Origin: an uncultured Candidatus Saccharibacteria bacterium
GTDB lineage: Bacteria > Patescibacteriota > Minisyncoccia > Minisyncoccales > Staskawiczbacteraceae
Assembly (NCBI GenBank): GCA_964427585.1
Contig: CAYRVC010000002.1
Span: 41,513 to 105,512 of the forward strand
Direction of reading: 5' to 3'
DNA: 64,000 nt
Shown here: one piece after another, positions 1 to 9,687 of the stretch
Layout of the letters: the number at the start of each line of letters is the position of its first letter
Numbering within the stretch: position 1 is the first letter of the stretch
Position numbers and translations under genes: made by a program
The notes under the pieces: generated by a model
Database searches by the model: none
What the model saw: only the letters and a program-made list of their open reading frames with translations
What the model was told of the DNA's origin: nothing

Positions 1-285
1 CCGGTTTTCATAAAAAAGAAAATATTTGAAATTTCAGAAACCGCCAAAAAGAAAAAAGAACAGCGGGAAATGATAAAAAAAGAAGGGCCCGGCCAGATTT
101 TCCTGGCTGGCCAAAAAGGAATGCTGGTAATAAAAGCCAAGTGTTGCAACCCGGAGCCCGGAGATAAAGTAAGGGCATATGTCACGAAATACCGCTCGGC
201 TGTCCTGCACAGAATATCCTGCGAAAATTTCCAAAAACTGGCGAAAAAATCTCCGAACAGGGTAATCAACGCTTCTTGGGGATGA
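1..285 (+). CDS. Partial CDS (5' end outside window): RelA/SpoT-family protein C-terminal fragment (CC/zinc-finger-like region)
   Basis: Frame open from nt 1 to stop at 285; motif KCCNPEPGDKVRAYVTKYRSAVLHRISCEN resembles the RelA/SpoT conserved-cysteine region (CCxPxPGDxIxG...HRxDCxN). Confidence 0.4.
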   Translation, partial: PVFIKKKIFEISETAKKKKEQREMIKKEGPGQIFLAGQKGMLVIKAKCCNPEPGDKVRAYVTKYRSAVLHRISCENFQKLAKKSPNRVINASWG

Positions 286-1367
286 AAAAAACAACTTTTA
301 AAATCGCTGTCATTGCTCCGCCTTTTGCAGTCATTCCTCCTGAAGGCCACGGCGGAACGGAAAGAATCGCCTATGAAATGGCGGAAGGTTTTAAAAAAAA
401 AGGGCATAAGGTAACGCTTTTTGGCGCAGGCTCCTCTAAAACCTCTGTAAAATTCATCAGGCTTTTAAAAAAAACTATATGGGAAAGGAAAAACGATGCC
501 TCCCTTGCCGAATCTTTCCGGTGCTGGAGGATAGAAACCGTTTATCTCGCAATGGCATTTGAAGAAATAATAAAAAAGGAGAACAACTTTGACATTATTT
601 TCAACCACTCAAAAAATAATTATATTTTTTTGCCCCTTGTAAAATTTATCAAAACTCCCATTGTGAATATTCTTCATCTGCCTCTTTTCAAAGAAGCTGA
701 AGAGCTGTACTCCCGCTTTAAAAATTCCAACGTCATTACTGTTTCCGACGGCCAAAGAAAAGGGTTTTCCAAAATTGATTATCTGGGCACCGTTTACAAC
801 GGCGTAGATGTTGAAAAATTCCAATTTTCAGCAAAACCAAAAAATTATTTTTTGTTTCTGGGGGCGATGGGCGGCCACAAAAATCCGAAAGACGCAATTT
901 TGGCGGCGAAAAAAGCCGGCGTCAGGCTGATTTTAGCCGGCGGTAAAAAAAGAGAACCGTATTTTTCAAAGGAAATAAAGCCGCTGATTGACGGGAAAAA
1001 AATAAAATATGTCGGAGAAATTATTCAAGAGAAAGAAAAAATTAATCTTTTGAAAAACGCCAAAGCCCTTCTTTTTCCGATAAAATGGCCAGAACCCTTC
1101 GGGCTGGCGGCAATCGAGGCAATGGCATGCGGAACGCCGGTAATCGCCTATCCTAACGGCGCGTTGCCAGAAATCATTGAAAATAAAAAAAACGGATTCA
1201 TCGTGAAAAATGTTTTTGAAATGGCAGGAGCGATAAAAAAAATCAGCGAAATCGACAGGAAAAAATGCAGGGAAACGGTTGAAAAAAAATTTTCAGCTGA
1301 AAAAATGGTTAACGAATATGAAAAAATCGCCTTCAAGACGATTGAAAAATATAAAAAAGCGGGGTAA
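276..1367 (+). CDS. Glycosyltransferase family 1 (GT4-like)
   Basis: 363 aa; C-terminal EPFGLAAIEAMACGTPVIA motif typical of GT1 retaining glycosyltransferases. Confidence 0.8.
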   Translation: MGMKKTTFKIAVIAPPFAVIPPEGHGGTERIAYEMAEGFKKKGHKVTLFGAGSSKTSVKFIRLLKKTIWERKNDASLAESFRCWRIETVYLAMAFEEIIKKENNFDIIFNHSKNNYIFLPLVKFIKTPIVNILHLPLFKEAEELYSRFKNSNVITVSDGQRKGFSKIDYLGTVYNGVDVEKFQFSAKPKNYFLFLGAMGGHKNPKDAILAAKKAGVRLILAGGKKREPYFSKEIKPLIDGKKIKYVGEIIQEKEKINLLKNAKALLFPIKWPEPFGLAAIEAMACGTPVIAYPNGALPEIIENKKNGFIVKNVFEMAGAIKKISEIDRKKCRETVEKKFSAEKMVNEYEKIAFKTIEKYKKAG

Positions 1368-1380
1368 AATAAAAAATTAA

Positions 1381-1464
1381 GCCGGGGTGATGAAATTGGC
1401 AAACATGCAGCACTCAAAATGCTGTGAGCGAAAGCTCTTGAGGGTTCAACTCCCTCCCTCGGCA
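1381..1464 (+). tRNA. tRNA-Leu (anticodon CAA)
   Basis: Hand-folded cloverleaf: 7-bp acceptor GCCGGGG/CCTCGGC, 3-bp D stem, anticodon stem CAGCA/TGCTG with loop CTCAAAA, long variable arm GAGC/GCTC, T-arm GAGGG-TTCAACT-CCCTC, A73 discriminator; CCA not encoded. Confidence 0.85.
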
Positions 1465-1471
1465 CAGAAAA

Positions 1472-1498
1472 AAACAGGCATAAAGCCTGTTTTTGTTT
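1472..1498 (+). terminator. Rho-independent terminator after tRNA-Leu
   Basis: Hairpin ACAGGC-ATAA-GCCTGT followed by TTTTTGTTT. Confidence 0.6.
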
Positions 1499-1510
1499 AC
1501 ATTTGATTTA

Positions 1511-2284
1511 TTAAAGGCTCATTAAAATAATTATAGACAAGACAAGGCAGTAAAAAGAAAAATAGTGGAACTTGCCTTTAATAGTGATGACTTCCAGCAA
1601 TTTAAGCGACAGAAAGCCGGATATCAAAGCGGCTGCGAATCCTAAAAAATTCTGGATTAAATTATTCCGCAGGGAATTAATATCCACATAAGCCAATTGC
1701 AAAACCATCGCCCCCAGAATGACGGGAACAGCCATTAAAAAAGAAAACTTAAAAGCGCTGGTTCTATCAAGCCCCCTGAAAAATCCTGCGGATATGGTGC
1801 CACCAGACCTTGATACTCCGGGCAAAATAGCCAATGCCTGGAATATGCCTATCAACAACGAGTCAAGCCAGCTTAGTTTTTCCAAGTTTTTTTTCCCATT
1901 TTCAAAAAACTTTGTGAGGAATAAAATTAAAGCTGTTATCAAAAAAGAAACCGCCAAAAGCGAAAGCGAATTAAAAATCTCGTCTATTTCATCTTTCATT
2001 GAAAATCCCACAACAACCGCCGGAATGGTCGCCAATAAAATCAGCAAAACCAGCCTTTGGTTTTCTTTTTTATTCAAACCTTTCAGAACTGACCATATTT
2101 CTTTTCTCAAATAAAAAATAACCGCCAAGATAGTGGCGAAATGTATCAAAGTGTCGAAAAAAATAGGGGGCTCTTTTATGCCAAACATTTTCTGCAATAA
2201 AACAAGGTGGCCGGAGCTTGATATCGGCAAAAATTCCGTTATACCCTGAACGATTCCCAAAATTATAGATTGAAAAATATCCAT
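1511..2284 (-). CDS. uppP: Undecaprenyl-diphosphatase
   Basis: 257 aa polytopic membrane protein with the BacA/UppP signature GITEFLPISSSGHL. Confidence 0.85.
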   Translation of the reverse strand: MDIFQSIILGIVQGITEFLPISSSGHLVLLQKMFGIKEPPIFFDTLIHFATILAVIFYLRKEIWSVLKGLNKKENQRLVLLILLATIPAVVVGFSMKDEIDEIFNSLSLLAVSFLITALILFLTKFFENGKKNLEKLSWLDSLLIGIFQALAILPGVSRSGGTISAGFFRGLDRTSAFKFSFLMAVPVILGAMVLQLAYVDINSLRNNLIQNFLGFAAALISGFLSLKLLEVITIKGKFHYFSFYCLVLSIIILMSL

Positions 2285-2757
2285 ATTAATAAATTAGATA
2301 AAATGCCAGCCCCGGCCCCGGCCAAAATATCCGATGGCCAATGAACGCCGGCAAAAATCCGGGCGAAAGAGATTAACGAGCTTAAAAAAATAAATATGAT
2401 TCCCAGGCTAAAATTATACGGCAGGACAGCGAAAGAAATACTAAAGAAGAAAGAAGCGTGACCCGAAGGAAAAGCAGGGTGTTTTGGAGTTTTTATCAGG
2501 GTTTTGGCGTTGACGACTTCGGGCGGCCTTTTCCTTTTATAAAAAAAATAAATAATTTCGTTTATCAAGAATCTGGAAATAATTCCCGCCAAAACCGCGA
2601 AAAGAAACAGCTGTGGCCTTTTGTCAAAATAAGAGACCAAAAACAACATCAAAACCAAAACATATCCCAAATGCCTGGCAAAAAAAACCCCGAGGCAATC
2701 CAGCCACCGCCTTTTTCCGGCAAAACCGTTTATTGAATGAAATAAAAATAAATCCAT
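2263..2757 (-). CDS. PAP2-family phosphatase (membrane)
   Basis: 164 aa, multiple TM segments, PSGHAS motif of PAP2 (acid phosphatase/phosphatidic acid phosphatase) family. Confidence 0.7.
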   Translation of the reverse strand: MDLFLFHSINGFAGKRRWLDCLGVFFARHLGYVLVLMLFLVSYFDKRPQLFLFAVLAGIISRFLINEIIYFFYKRKRPPEVVNAKTLIKTPKHPAFPSGHASFFFSISFAVLPYNFSLGIIFIFLSSLISFARIFAGVHWPSDILAGAGAGILSNLLIWIFFNL

Positions 2758-2759
2758 AA

Positions 2760-3338
2760 TTATCTTAAAATTTTTTCCTTTCTTCCCGTTAAATCAATCA
2801 CCTTTGACGGTTTGGATTTTTTCAAATCTCCTCCGTCAATTACCAGGTCTGGCTTATTTTTTTGTTTACTGAAAACCGCAATAATTTCTCTCACGTCTTT
2901 TAACTCCGGTTTACCTGAAATGTTGGCGGACGTTTGCGCCAATGGCTTGTTTATTTTTTTTAATAAATCATTTAAAAATTTATATTTCGGAATTCTTATC
3001 CCAATCGTTTTCTTGCCAACTCCATAAAGTTTCTTGTGAGCCCCGAGCTCACAAGAAAGGATAAAAGTGAACTTGCCTGGCCAATGTTTTTTTAAAATTC
3101 TTTCCTGCTGTTCGCTAATTTCCGCCAATTTTTTTGCCATTTTAAAATCCTTAACAAAAACAGCCAATGGTTTTGTTTTTGGCCGCCTCTTTATTTTGAA
3201 TATCTTGCCAACCGCTTTTTTGCTATAAATATCGCATAACAAGCCGTAAACAGTATCGGTCGGGCAAATTATCACTCCCCCTTTTTTTATAATTTCAAGC
3301 CCCTTTTCCAGCGCTTTTTTTTGTTTTATAACCTCCAT
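2760..3338 (-). CDS. tsaC: L-threonylcarbamoyladenylate synthase (YrdC/Sua5 family)
   Basis: 192 aa; VIICPTDTVYGL and HWPG..TSANISGKP motifs of YrdC/Sua5; carries an in-frame copy of the GC-rich hairpin element (3031-3057). Confidence 0.8.
   Translation of the reverse strand: MEVIKQKKALEKGLEIIKKGGVIICPTDTVYGLLCDIYSKKAVGKIFKIKRRPKTKPLAVFVKDFKMAKKLAEISEQQERILKKHWPGKFTFILSCELGAHKKLYGVGKKTIGIRIPKYKFLNDLLKKINKPLAQTSANISGKPELKDVREIIAVFSKQKNKPDLVIDGGDLKKSKPSKVIDLTGRKEKILR
3031..3057. repeat. REP-like hairpin copy (TTCTTGTGAGC-CCCGA-GCTCACAAGAA) inside tsaC coding sequence
   Basis: 21-mer TTGTGAGCCCCGAGCTCACAA identical to copy at 43822-43842; encodes SCELGAHK in-frame. Confidence 0.55.
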
Positions 3339-4071
3339 TTTTCAAAAAATTGGAAAACTTAACAATATCCCCGGGGTTGCCAAAATCAATCCACGAATCC
3401 TTTATCTTTTTGATTTTAACTTTTTTTTCTTTTGCCAGAAGGGAAACGGCGTCGGTAATTTCATACTCCCCCCTGGGGGATCTTTTGATTTTTGAAATTT
3501 TATCAAAAATGTCAGGGGTGAACTTGTACAAGCCGGCATTAATAAGGTTTCCCACAAATTCTTCAGGCTTTTCTATTATTTCTCTTAAAAATCCGTTGTC
3601 GGTTATCAACACTCCGTATTTTTCCGGATGTTCGTTTAAAAGGCCGGCGGCGTAATTATACCTGTCGTCAATATTCATTGCCTTCAGATCCCTTACCGAA
3701 TAAAGGTTGTCTCCGTAAAGGTATATGAAGTTCGATTTTCCGATTGTTTTTTTTACGCATTTTACCGGGCAGGCGGTTCCGTATTCTTTTTCCTTTGGCC
3801 CTAAAATTTCATACTGGCTGACAAGCTCTATTTTGCATCTCTTGCCTTTCAAGCATTTTTTATAATATCCATCCACAAATTTTTTCATCAACTCTTCTTT
3901 GTATCCCACCACCAAAACAATTTCTTTATAACCGGCTGACAAAAGATTGTCTAAAATATACGCCAAAAAGGGCCGTTCCTTAACGTTTATCAATGACTTC
4001 GGTTTGTTTGCCGTTAAATGAAGCATGCGGGTTCCCTGGCCCGCCGCCGCTACAACCGCTTTAGTTATCAT
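3295..4071 (-). CDS. Sugar-phosphate nucleotidyltransferase (NTP-transferase family)
   Basis: 258 aa; N-terminal AAGQGTRM glycine-rich nucleotide-binding motif; 5' end overlaps tsaC ORF by 44 nt, true start may be internal. Confidence 0.7.
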   Translation of the reverse strand: MITKAVVAAAGQGTRMLHLTANKPKSLINVKERPFLAYILDNLLSAGYKEIVLVVGYKEELMKKFVDGYYKKCLKGKRCKIELVSQYEILGPKEKEYGTACPVKCVKKTIGKSNFIYLYGDNLYSVRDLKAMNIDDRYNYAAGLLNEHPEKYGVLITDNGFLREIIEKPEEFVGNLINAGLYKFTPDIFDKISKIKRSPRGEYEITDAVSLLAKEKKVKIKKIKDSWIDFGNPGDIVKFSNFLKNGGYKTKKSAGKGA

Positions 4072-4643
4072 AGCAAAGCCAATTCAAAAGCTCTTTTGTT
4101 CATCTCCAGGTATTTTGAAGGAATTATATTTTCAATAGCCTTTCTTACAGATTCGGCTTTCAGCTTGATAATGCCTTTTTTGACGCAGAATCCCAAAATA
4201 TACATAGAGCTCACTACTTCATTGTTAAGTTCTTTTTTGCATATATCCGAGGCTCTCACCCAATAAATATTTTTTCCGATCGAATTATTCAAGCTTTCCG
4301 ACACATAATCTTTGGAAATGCTTTTATCAAAAAAGATAAAATTTTCGTTGACCGCAAAAATAGTTTCAGGATTTTTAAAAACAATCGCCCTCAAGGCTTC
4401 GGTCATTTCCAAAGATAAAACCAGGTCCGCTTTTTTAAAGGAAAACAAAGGGCTGGCCACTTTTTTTCCGAATCTGATATAAGCCTCAACCGCTCCGCCT
4501 CTTTGGGAAAGCCCGTGAAGCTCCGATGATTTTAAGTCGTATCCTTCAACCAAGGCAGCTTCGTTTATTATGGAAATAAGGGTGATAATGCCCTGCCCGC
4601 CGACTCCGGTTATAACAATGTTAAAATTTTTATTATTATTCAT
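4068..4643 (-). CDS. iorB: Indolepyruvate/2-oxoacid:ferredoxin oxidoreductase, beta (gamma-like) subunit
   Basis: 191 aa; ITGVGGQGIIT motif typical of IorB/PorG family; 4-nt overlap with upstream iorA. Confidence 0.7.
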   Translation of the reverse strand: MNNNKNFNIVITGVGGQGIITLISIINEAALVEGYDLKSSELHGLSQRGGAVEAYIRFGKKVASPLFSFKKADLVLSLEMTEALRAIVFKNPETIFAVNENFIFFDKSISKDYVSESLNNSIGKNIYWVRASDICKKELNNEVVSSMYILGFCVKKGIIKLKAESVRKAIENIIPSKYLEMNKRAFELALL

Positions 4644-6324
4644 TTTGTTTTTTTTGTCTTCTTGCTAATAACGCGCAAATTCTTCGGCAAATTATCACTG
4701 AAACTTCCTCTTTTTCTAAAAATTCCCTTATTGAGCCCTCCAGCTCTTTTGTGTTTATGGGGTCTAAAACTTTAATATTCTTCACTCCGCAGGATTTGGC
4801 TATTTCTTCAATTTTTATTTCTTCAACGTCATCTCCCATAACCGTTTTTCCCATTCCGGGATTCTGCTGATGGCCGGTCATGGCGGTAATCCTGTTGTCT
4901 AAAATAATTATCAGAGGATTTGATTTGTTGTAAACCGCATTTATAAGACCCGGAATTCCGGCATGGAAAAATGTTCCGTCTCCTATTATGGAAATAACTT
5001 TTTGCTTGCTTTCAGAATTTTTGGCAAAAGAAGGGCTTACTGCTTTTGAAATTCCGTGCGATATGCCCATGGAGGCTCCCATTGAAAACAGATAATCCTG
5101 TATATTATGCGGGGAAAAGCCGGCTATCATGTTGCACCCGATATCGCCGCCGAAAACCGTGCCTTCAGGGGCGATTCTTTTTACAACCGGAAACACATGC
5201 CAATAAGGGCATCCGTCGCATAACCTCGCCGTCCTCTTGGGTATTTTAAATTTTATATCCGGCGTTTTTTGATTATTTTTAATCTTTATTTTTTTGATTT
5301 TTACGATAGCGGAAATAATCTTATCCGGATTAAGCTCTCCTATTCCTGAAAGAATATCTCTTCCGAAAACCTGGATTTTCGGATTTGCTTCCTTGGCTAT
5401 TATTTTTATTTCCTTTTCAAGATAAGGGTCCACTTCCTCGGCGATTAAAACCTGCTTTAAATTTTTAATGAACCCTGCGATTTTTTTGACTGGCAAAGGA
5501 TGGAAAAAACCCAGTTTTAAAACAGGTATGTTAAGCCCCAGCTCTTCAATCGCTTCAATGGTATGTAAAAAACCTACTCCTGAAGCAATAATTCCCAATT
5601 TTCCGGAGGTCGGGTTTTCCGTAATTCTATTTGCTTTTGAATTTTCGGAAAAAACGCGCAATTTTTCTATTTTTTCCAGAAGCTCCTTTTTCATTTCCAA
5701 AACCCTGGGGGGCATGGTAGCAAAGCGTTTATAATCTTTTATGAAAATGCCTTTTTCTTTTTGGTTTTCGGTTTTTACATTTTTATTTATTTTTACCGGC
5801 ATCCTTTGATGCGCCACTCTTGTGGTTATCCTTAAAATCACGGGCAGCTGGAACTTTTCTGAAATTTCAAAACCCAATTTGGTAAAACCATAACACTCTT
5901 CAGGGTCAGAGGGTTCCAATATGGGCAATCCGAATAAATAGCCGTATCCTCTTGAATCCTGCTCCGATTGCGCGGAACTCCAACAGGAGGGGTCGTCAGC
6001 CACCACAATAACCATGGGGGCTTTTGTGCCGGTATATGCTAAAGGAAAAAGGCTGTCAGAGCAGACATTCAGGCCGAAACTCTTCATATTCACCAGCGAT
6101 TTCAATCCTGAAAAACTGGCGCCGATGGCGGACTCTAAAGCCACCTTTTCATTTGTTGACCATTCCGCATATATGCCATGCTCCCTGGCTATTTTTCCGA
6201 ATTCGTCCCCTATTTCGGCAGACGGACAGCCGGGATACCCTGAAACAAAATCAACGCCTGCCTCCAGGGCTCCTCTCACTATTGCTTCATCTCCCAATAA
6301 TATTTCTTTTTCCATATAAATCAT
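4636..6324 (-). CDS. iorA: Indolepyruvate:ferredoxin oxidoreductase, alpha subunit
   Basis: 562 aa; TPP-binding region (GDGTFFHAG), CDGCPY cysteine motif; gene pairing with iorB. Confidence 0.75.
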   Translation of the reverse strand: MIYMEKEILLGDEAIVRGALEAGVDFVSGYPGCPSAEIGDEFGKIAREHGIYAEWSTNEKVALESAIGASFSGLKSLVNMKSFGLNVCSDSLFPLAYTGTKAPMVIVVADDPSCWSSAQSEQDSRGYGYLFGLPILEPSDPEECYGFTKLGFEISEKFQLPVILRITTRVAHQRMPVKINKNVKTENQKEKGIFIKDYKRFATMPPRVLEMKKELLEKIEKLRVFSENSKANRITENPTSGKLGIIASGVGFLHTIEAIEELGLNIPVLKLGFFHPLPVKKIAGFIKNLKQVLIAEEVDPYLEKEIKIIAKEANPKIQVFGRDILSGIGELNPDKIISAIVKIKKIKIKNNQKTPDIKFKIPKRTARLCDGCPYWHVFPVVKRIAPEGTVFGGDIGCNMIAGFSPHNIQDYLFSMGASMGISHGISKAVSPSFAKNSESKQKVISIIGDGTFFHAGIPGLINAVYNKSNPLIIILDNRITAMTGHQQNPGMGKTVMGDDVEEIKIEEIAKSCGVKNIKVLDPINTKELEGSIREFLEKEEVSVIICRRICALLARRQKKQNE

Positions 6325-6471
6325 TTTATCAATAAAAAAATAAAAAGAAAAGCCCCTATCGGCAATCTAATAAATAAAGCCCGCTTTGCAATCAAAAACG
6401 GACTTTTTGTTTTTTTTAAACGGCGATAATTTTTTTTCGCAACAGTTTTTTAATCTCCTGCGCAAACTATG

Positions 6472-8985
6472 TCAAATTTTCAAAACGAAATTTATCAGTT
6501 TTTTAGGGATGAATACAATTTTTATGACTTCCTTTCCCTCCAGCCACTGTTTCACTTTTTCGCTTTCCGCCGTTATTTTTTCCGCCTGTTTTTGTGTTAT
6601 ATTCGCGTCAACTTCCATTTTATCCCTCACCCTGCCGTTAACCTGCACTATCAATAAAATATTTTTTTCTTCAACGAGCCGGTTATCGTGCTTTGGCCAT
6701 TTTTGATTGCAAACAAGCCCTAAAAATCCTTTTTCAACCCACACCTCCTCCGCCAAATGAGGGGCGAAAGGAGACAAAATTGTCAAAAAAATCCTCAAAT
6801 CTTCTTTATCCAAACAACCGCCGGAAACATTCCAGGCGTTCGCAAACTCCATCATGGAACTCACGGCAGTGTTAAATTTCATCGCCTCGATGTCTTCTGA
6901 AACTTTTTTAATAGTTTTGTGTAGCTGTTTTTTAAGCTCTTTTTTTGGTTTGCTTTTTTCAGAATCTGCTTTTTTTGCCAGCTTGTATATTTTTTCAAGA
7001 AATCTTCTTACCCCTATCACCCCTTTTGTGTCCCAGGGAATCATCTGGTCAAAAGGTCCCACGAACATTTCGTAAACCCTTAAAGTATCTGCTCCGTATT
7101 CTTTCACGACCCTATCCGGATTTATCACGTTCCCTTTGGATTTTGACATTTTAATCCCTCCTTCGCCCAGTATCATTCCGTGGGAAGTTCTTTTTAGATA
7201 GGGTTCAGGCTCCATATCTTTGGGAACAGCGCCGATATCCCACAAAAATTTGAATATGAAACGCGAATACAGCAAATGCAAAGTGGTGTGCTCCATTCCT
7301 CCGTTATACCAGTCAACCGGCATCCAATATTCCAGCAGTTTTTTTGCGGCCGGTTCTTTATTGTTTTTAGGGTCTGAATACCTCAAATAATACCAGTTAG
7401 ACCCTGCCCAGTTTGGCATTGTATCTGTTTCTCTCCGACCAACTCCTCCGCATTTAGGGCATTTTACATTGACCCATTGCCTTATTTCGGCCAGTGGAGA
7501 TTCTCCGGTTTTGGTGGGTTTATAATTTTTTACTTTCGGCAACTCCAATGGCAATTTTTTTTCCGGCACGGCAACCCAGCCCGGATTCAGTAATTCGCCT
7601 TTTGTGAATTTTGGATTTTTAGCTTCTGTTTTCCTTTCTATTTTCTTCTTGCAATTTTCGCAAAAAACAAGAGGAATGGGTTCCCCCCAGTAATGCTGGC
7701 GGGAAAATATCCAATCCCTCAGCTTGTAATTTATTTTATTGTCAGCTGAGCCTTTTTCTTTCAGCCAGGATGTGATTTTCAAACGCGCCTCCGTGGAACT
7801 TAATCCGTCAAACTGCATGGAATTATAAAGAATGCCGTCGCCTTCAAAGCATATCTCCATATTTTTCACCCTGGGGGCGATATTTTTATCAATAGGCTCA
7901 ATGGAAGTCCTTAAGGGTATGGCGTATTTTTTGGCAAGCTCAAAATCCCTTTTGTCGTGGGCGTCGCCAAAAACAGCGCCCTTTCCGTAATGCGCCAGAA
8001 CAAAGTCGGTTATGAAAACGGGGATTTCTTCTCCAGTGGCGGGATTCTTTGCTTTTATCCCCTTAAGCTCTACGGCCGTAACCTGTTTTCCCTCGCTAGC
8101 CCTTTCTATGTCGGAAACATCTTTTATTTTATTCCTGTAATCCAAAACTTCTTCCATATTCTGGATTTTATTATTATGCCTGTCTATGAATTTATGCTCG
8201 GGAGCCAGCACCAAAAATGTCCCGGAAAATATGGTGTCTATCCTGGTGGTGAAAACCTCGATAAAATCTTCCATTCTTAAAACTTCAAATCTTACCAATG
8301 CCCCTGCAGACCTCCCTATCCATTCCTTCTGCTGAATTTTTATTTTTTCAAGATAATCAACCGAATCCAAATCTTTGATCAGCCTTTCCGCGTAATCGGT
8401 TATTTTTATCAGCCACTGTTCCTTTTCTTTTTTTTCAACCCTTGTTCCGCATCTTTCGCATTTGCCAGAGACCACTTCTTCGTTCGCCAAACCCGTCTTG
8501 CAGGAAGGGCACCAGTTAATGGGCATTTTTTCCTTGTAAGCCAAACCCTCTCTGAACAGCTGTAAAAATATCCACTGCGTCCATTTGTAATATTTTGGGT
8601 CGGTGGTGTTTACCTCTCGTGACCAGTCAAAAGAATAACCCAGGCTTTTTAACTGTCGCCGGAAATTATCGGTATTCTTTTTGGTGGCGACAGAGGGGTG
8701 GATTCCTTTTTTTATGGCGTAGTTTTCCGTGGGCAGGCCGAAAGCGTCCCAGCCCATGGGAAACAGAACATTAAAACCCTCCATCCTTCTTTTCCTGGCA
8801 ATAATATCCAGGGCCGTGTAGCTCCGGCAATGGCCTACGTGGAGGCCCTCCCCCGAAGGATAAGGAAATTCTGCCAGAAGGTAGAACTTCTTCTTGCCGG
8901 AACGGTTTTTCGCCTTAAAACAGCTGGAGCCATACCACTTTTCCTGCCACTTCTTCTCTATTTCCTGAGGATTATATTTTCGCAT
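6472..8985 (-). CDS. leuS: Leucyl-tRNA synthetase
   Basis: 837 aa class I aaRS; PYPSGEGLHVGHCRSYT (HIGH) and KMSKSKGN motifs, LeuRS-specific zinc/editing regions. Confidence 0.95.
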   Translation of the reverse strand: MRKYNPQEIEKKWQEKWYGSSCFKAKNRSGKKKFYLLAEFPYPSGEGLHVGHCRSYTALDIIARKRRMEGFNVLFPMGWDAFGLPTENYAIKKGIHPSVATKKNTDNFRRQLKSLGYSFDWSREVNTTDPKYYKWTQWIFLQLFREGLAYKEKMPINWCPSCKTGLANEEVVSGKCERCGTRVEKKEKEQWLIKITDYAERLIKDLDSVDYLEKIKIQQKEWIGRSAGALVRFEVLRMEDFIEVFTTRIDTIFSGTFLVLAPEHKFIDRHNNKIQNMEEVLDYRNKIKDVSDIERASEGKQVTAVELKGIKAKNPATGEEIPVFITDFVLAHYGKGAVFGDAHDKRDFELAKKYAIPLRTSIEPIDKNIAPRVKNMEICFEGDGILYNSMQFDGLSSTEARLKITSWLKEKGSADNKINYKLRDWIFSRQHYWGEPIPLVFCENCKKKIERKTEAKNPKFTKGELLNPGWVAVPEKKLPLELPKVKNYKPTKTGESPLAEIRQWVNVKCPKCGGVGRRETDTMPNWAGSNWYYLRYSDPKNNKEPAAKKLLEYWMPVDWYNGGMEHTTLHLLYSRFIFKFLWDIGAVPKDMEPEPYLKRTSHGMILGEGGIKMSKSKGNVINPDRVVKEYGADTLRVYEMFVGPFDQMIPWDTKGVIGVRRFLEKIYKLAKKADSEKSKPKKELKKQLHKTIKKVSEDIEAMKFNTAVSSMMEFANAWNVSGGCLDKEDLRIFLTILSPFAPHLAEEVWVEKGFLGLVCNQKWPKHDNRLVEEKNILLIVQVNGRVRDKMEVDANITQKQAEKITAESEKVKQWLEGKEVIKIVFIPKKLINFVLKI

Positions 8986-9101
8986 AATTATTTATGATAT
9001 CAAATAACTTTAACTGGGTAAATCTTGACAGTAAAAAATTATTATGCTATATAAATAAATTGATGCCGCTCATTTACAAACTGCAAATAGGAGGTCTTTT
9101 T

Positions 9102-9377
9102 ATGAACAAAGTATGGTATACGATATGTTACAATACCAATACTCGTAGCTTTAATGTGAATATAGACACTGGTCTGCAATTAGTTCATTCAGATACGAAG
9201 CAAGAGGCGGAAAATTTAATGTCTTTGGTAACTTCACAATGGGAAAGTTTTTATATTTTTTCCCGCCTATATAGTCCTTTTGACAGCGTAGAAGACGCTC
9301 GCAAAGATTACTACAAAGAAATCGATCGTACCGCCAGCGCTTTCTGCCGCCCAGATGCTCATTTATGGAAGAGATAG
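9102..9377 (+). CDS. Small hypothetical protein (91 aa) with atypical codon usage
   Basis: AGGAGG Shine-Dalgarno 7 nt upstream of ATG at 9102; followed by strong terminator; no recognisable domain. Confidence 0.4.
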   Translation: MNKVWYTICYNTNTRSFNVNIDTGLQLVHSDTKQEAENLMSLVTSQWESFYIFSRLYSPFDSVEDARKDYYKEIDRTASAFCRPDAHLWKR

Positions 9378-9406
9378 AAAAACCGCCACACACCGTAAAA
9401 ACCAAA

Positions 9407-9447
9407 ACCGCCTGACGAAAATTCGTCCAAAGCGGTCTTTTTTTTAT
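9407..9447 (+). terminator. Rho-independent terminator
   Basis: Nested hairpin ACCGC..GACGAA-AA-TTCGTC..GCGGT followed by CTTTTTTTTAT. Confidence 0.7.
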
Positions 9448-9450
9448 AAA

Positions 9451-9502
9451 ATTTTAGTGTGGTCAAAATTCTACGATCGTGATAATTTGACCACACTAAA
9501 AT
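9451..9502. repeat. Near-perfect 17-bp inverted repeat (ATTTTAGTGTGGTCAAA / TTTGACCACACTAAAAT) with 18-nt spacer containing CGATCG
   Basis: Read directly from sequence; operator- or cruciform-like palindrome. Confidence 0.7.
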
Positions 9503-9534
9503 ACAAATGCCATTAACGTTATCATTACTATTAC

Positions 9535-9592
9535 CATACATACGCTATAAAAACATACATACACTATAAAAACATACATACGCTATAAAAAA
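9535..9592. repeat. Three tandem copies of a 19-bp unit CATACATAC(G/A)CTATAAAAA
   Basis: Contiguous direct repeats without spacers (iteron-like; not CRISPR). Confidence 0.75.
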
Positions 9593-9633
9593 TGCGGTCG
9601 CAGTTTTATCGCGTGTCGTATACTATATGTTAT

Positions 9634-9687
9634 TATGTCTTAGAACTATGTCTTAAATTATTATGTCTTAAATATTTATATCTTAAA
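9634..9687. repeat. Four tandem-ish copies of TATGTCTTA(G/A)A motif
   Basis: TATGTCTTAGAAC, TATGTCTTAAAT, TATGTCTTAAAT, TATATCTTAAAT direct repeats. Confidence 0.6.

Noticed and set aside
34-294. 86-aa minus-strand ORF at window start
   Set aside because: It is antisense to the open-ended RelA/SpoT-like frame, which has a recognisable conserved-cysteine motif.
1148-1465. 105-aa minus-strand ORF (MPREGVEPSRAF...)
   Set aside because: It is the antisense reading of tRNA-Leu and its terminator, a classic spurious anti-tRNA ORF, and it overlaps the end of the glycosyltransferase gene.
9535-9592. Possible CRISPR array from the 19-bp direct repeats
   Set aside because: The repeats are contiguous with no spacers, only three units are present, and there are no cas genes.
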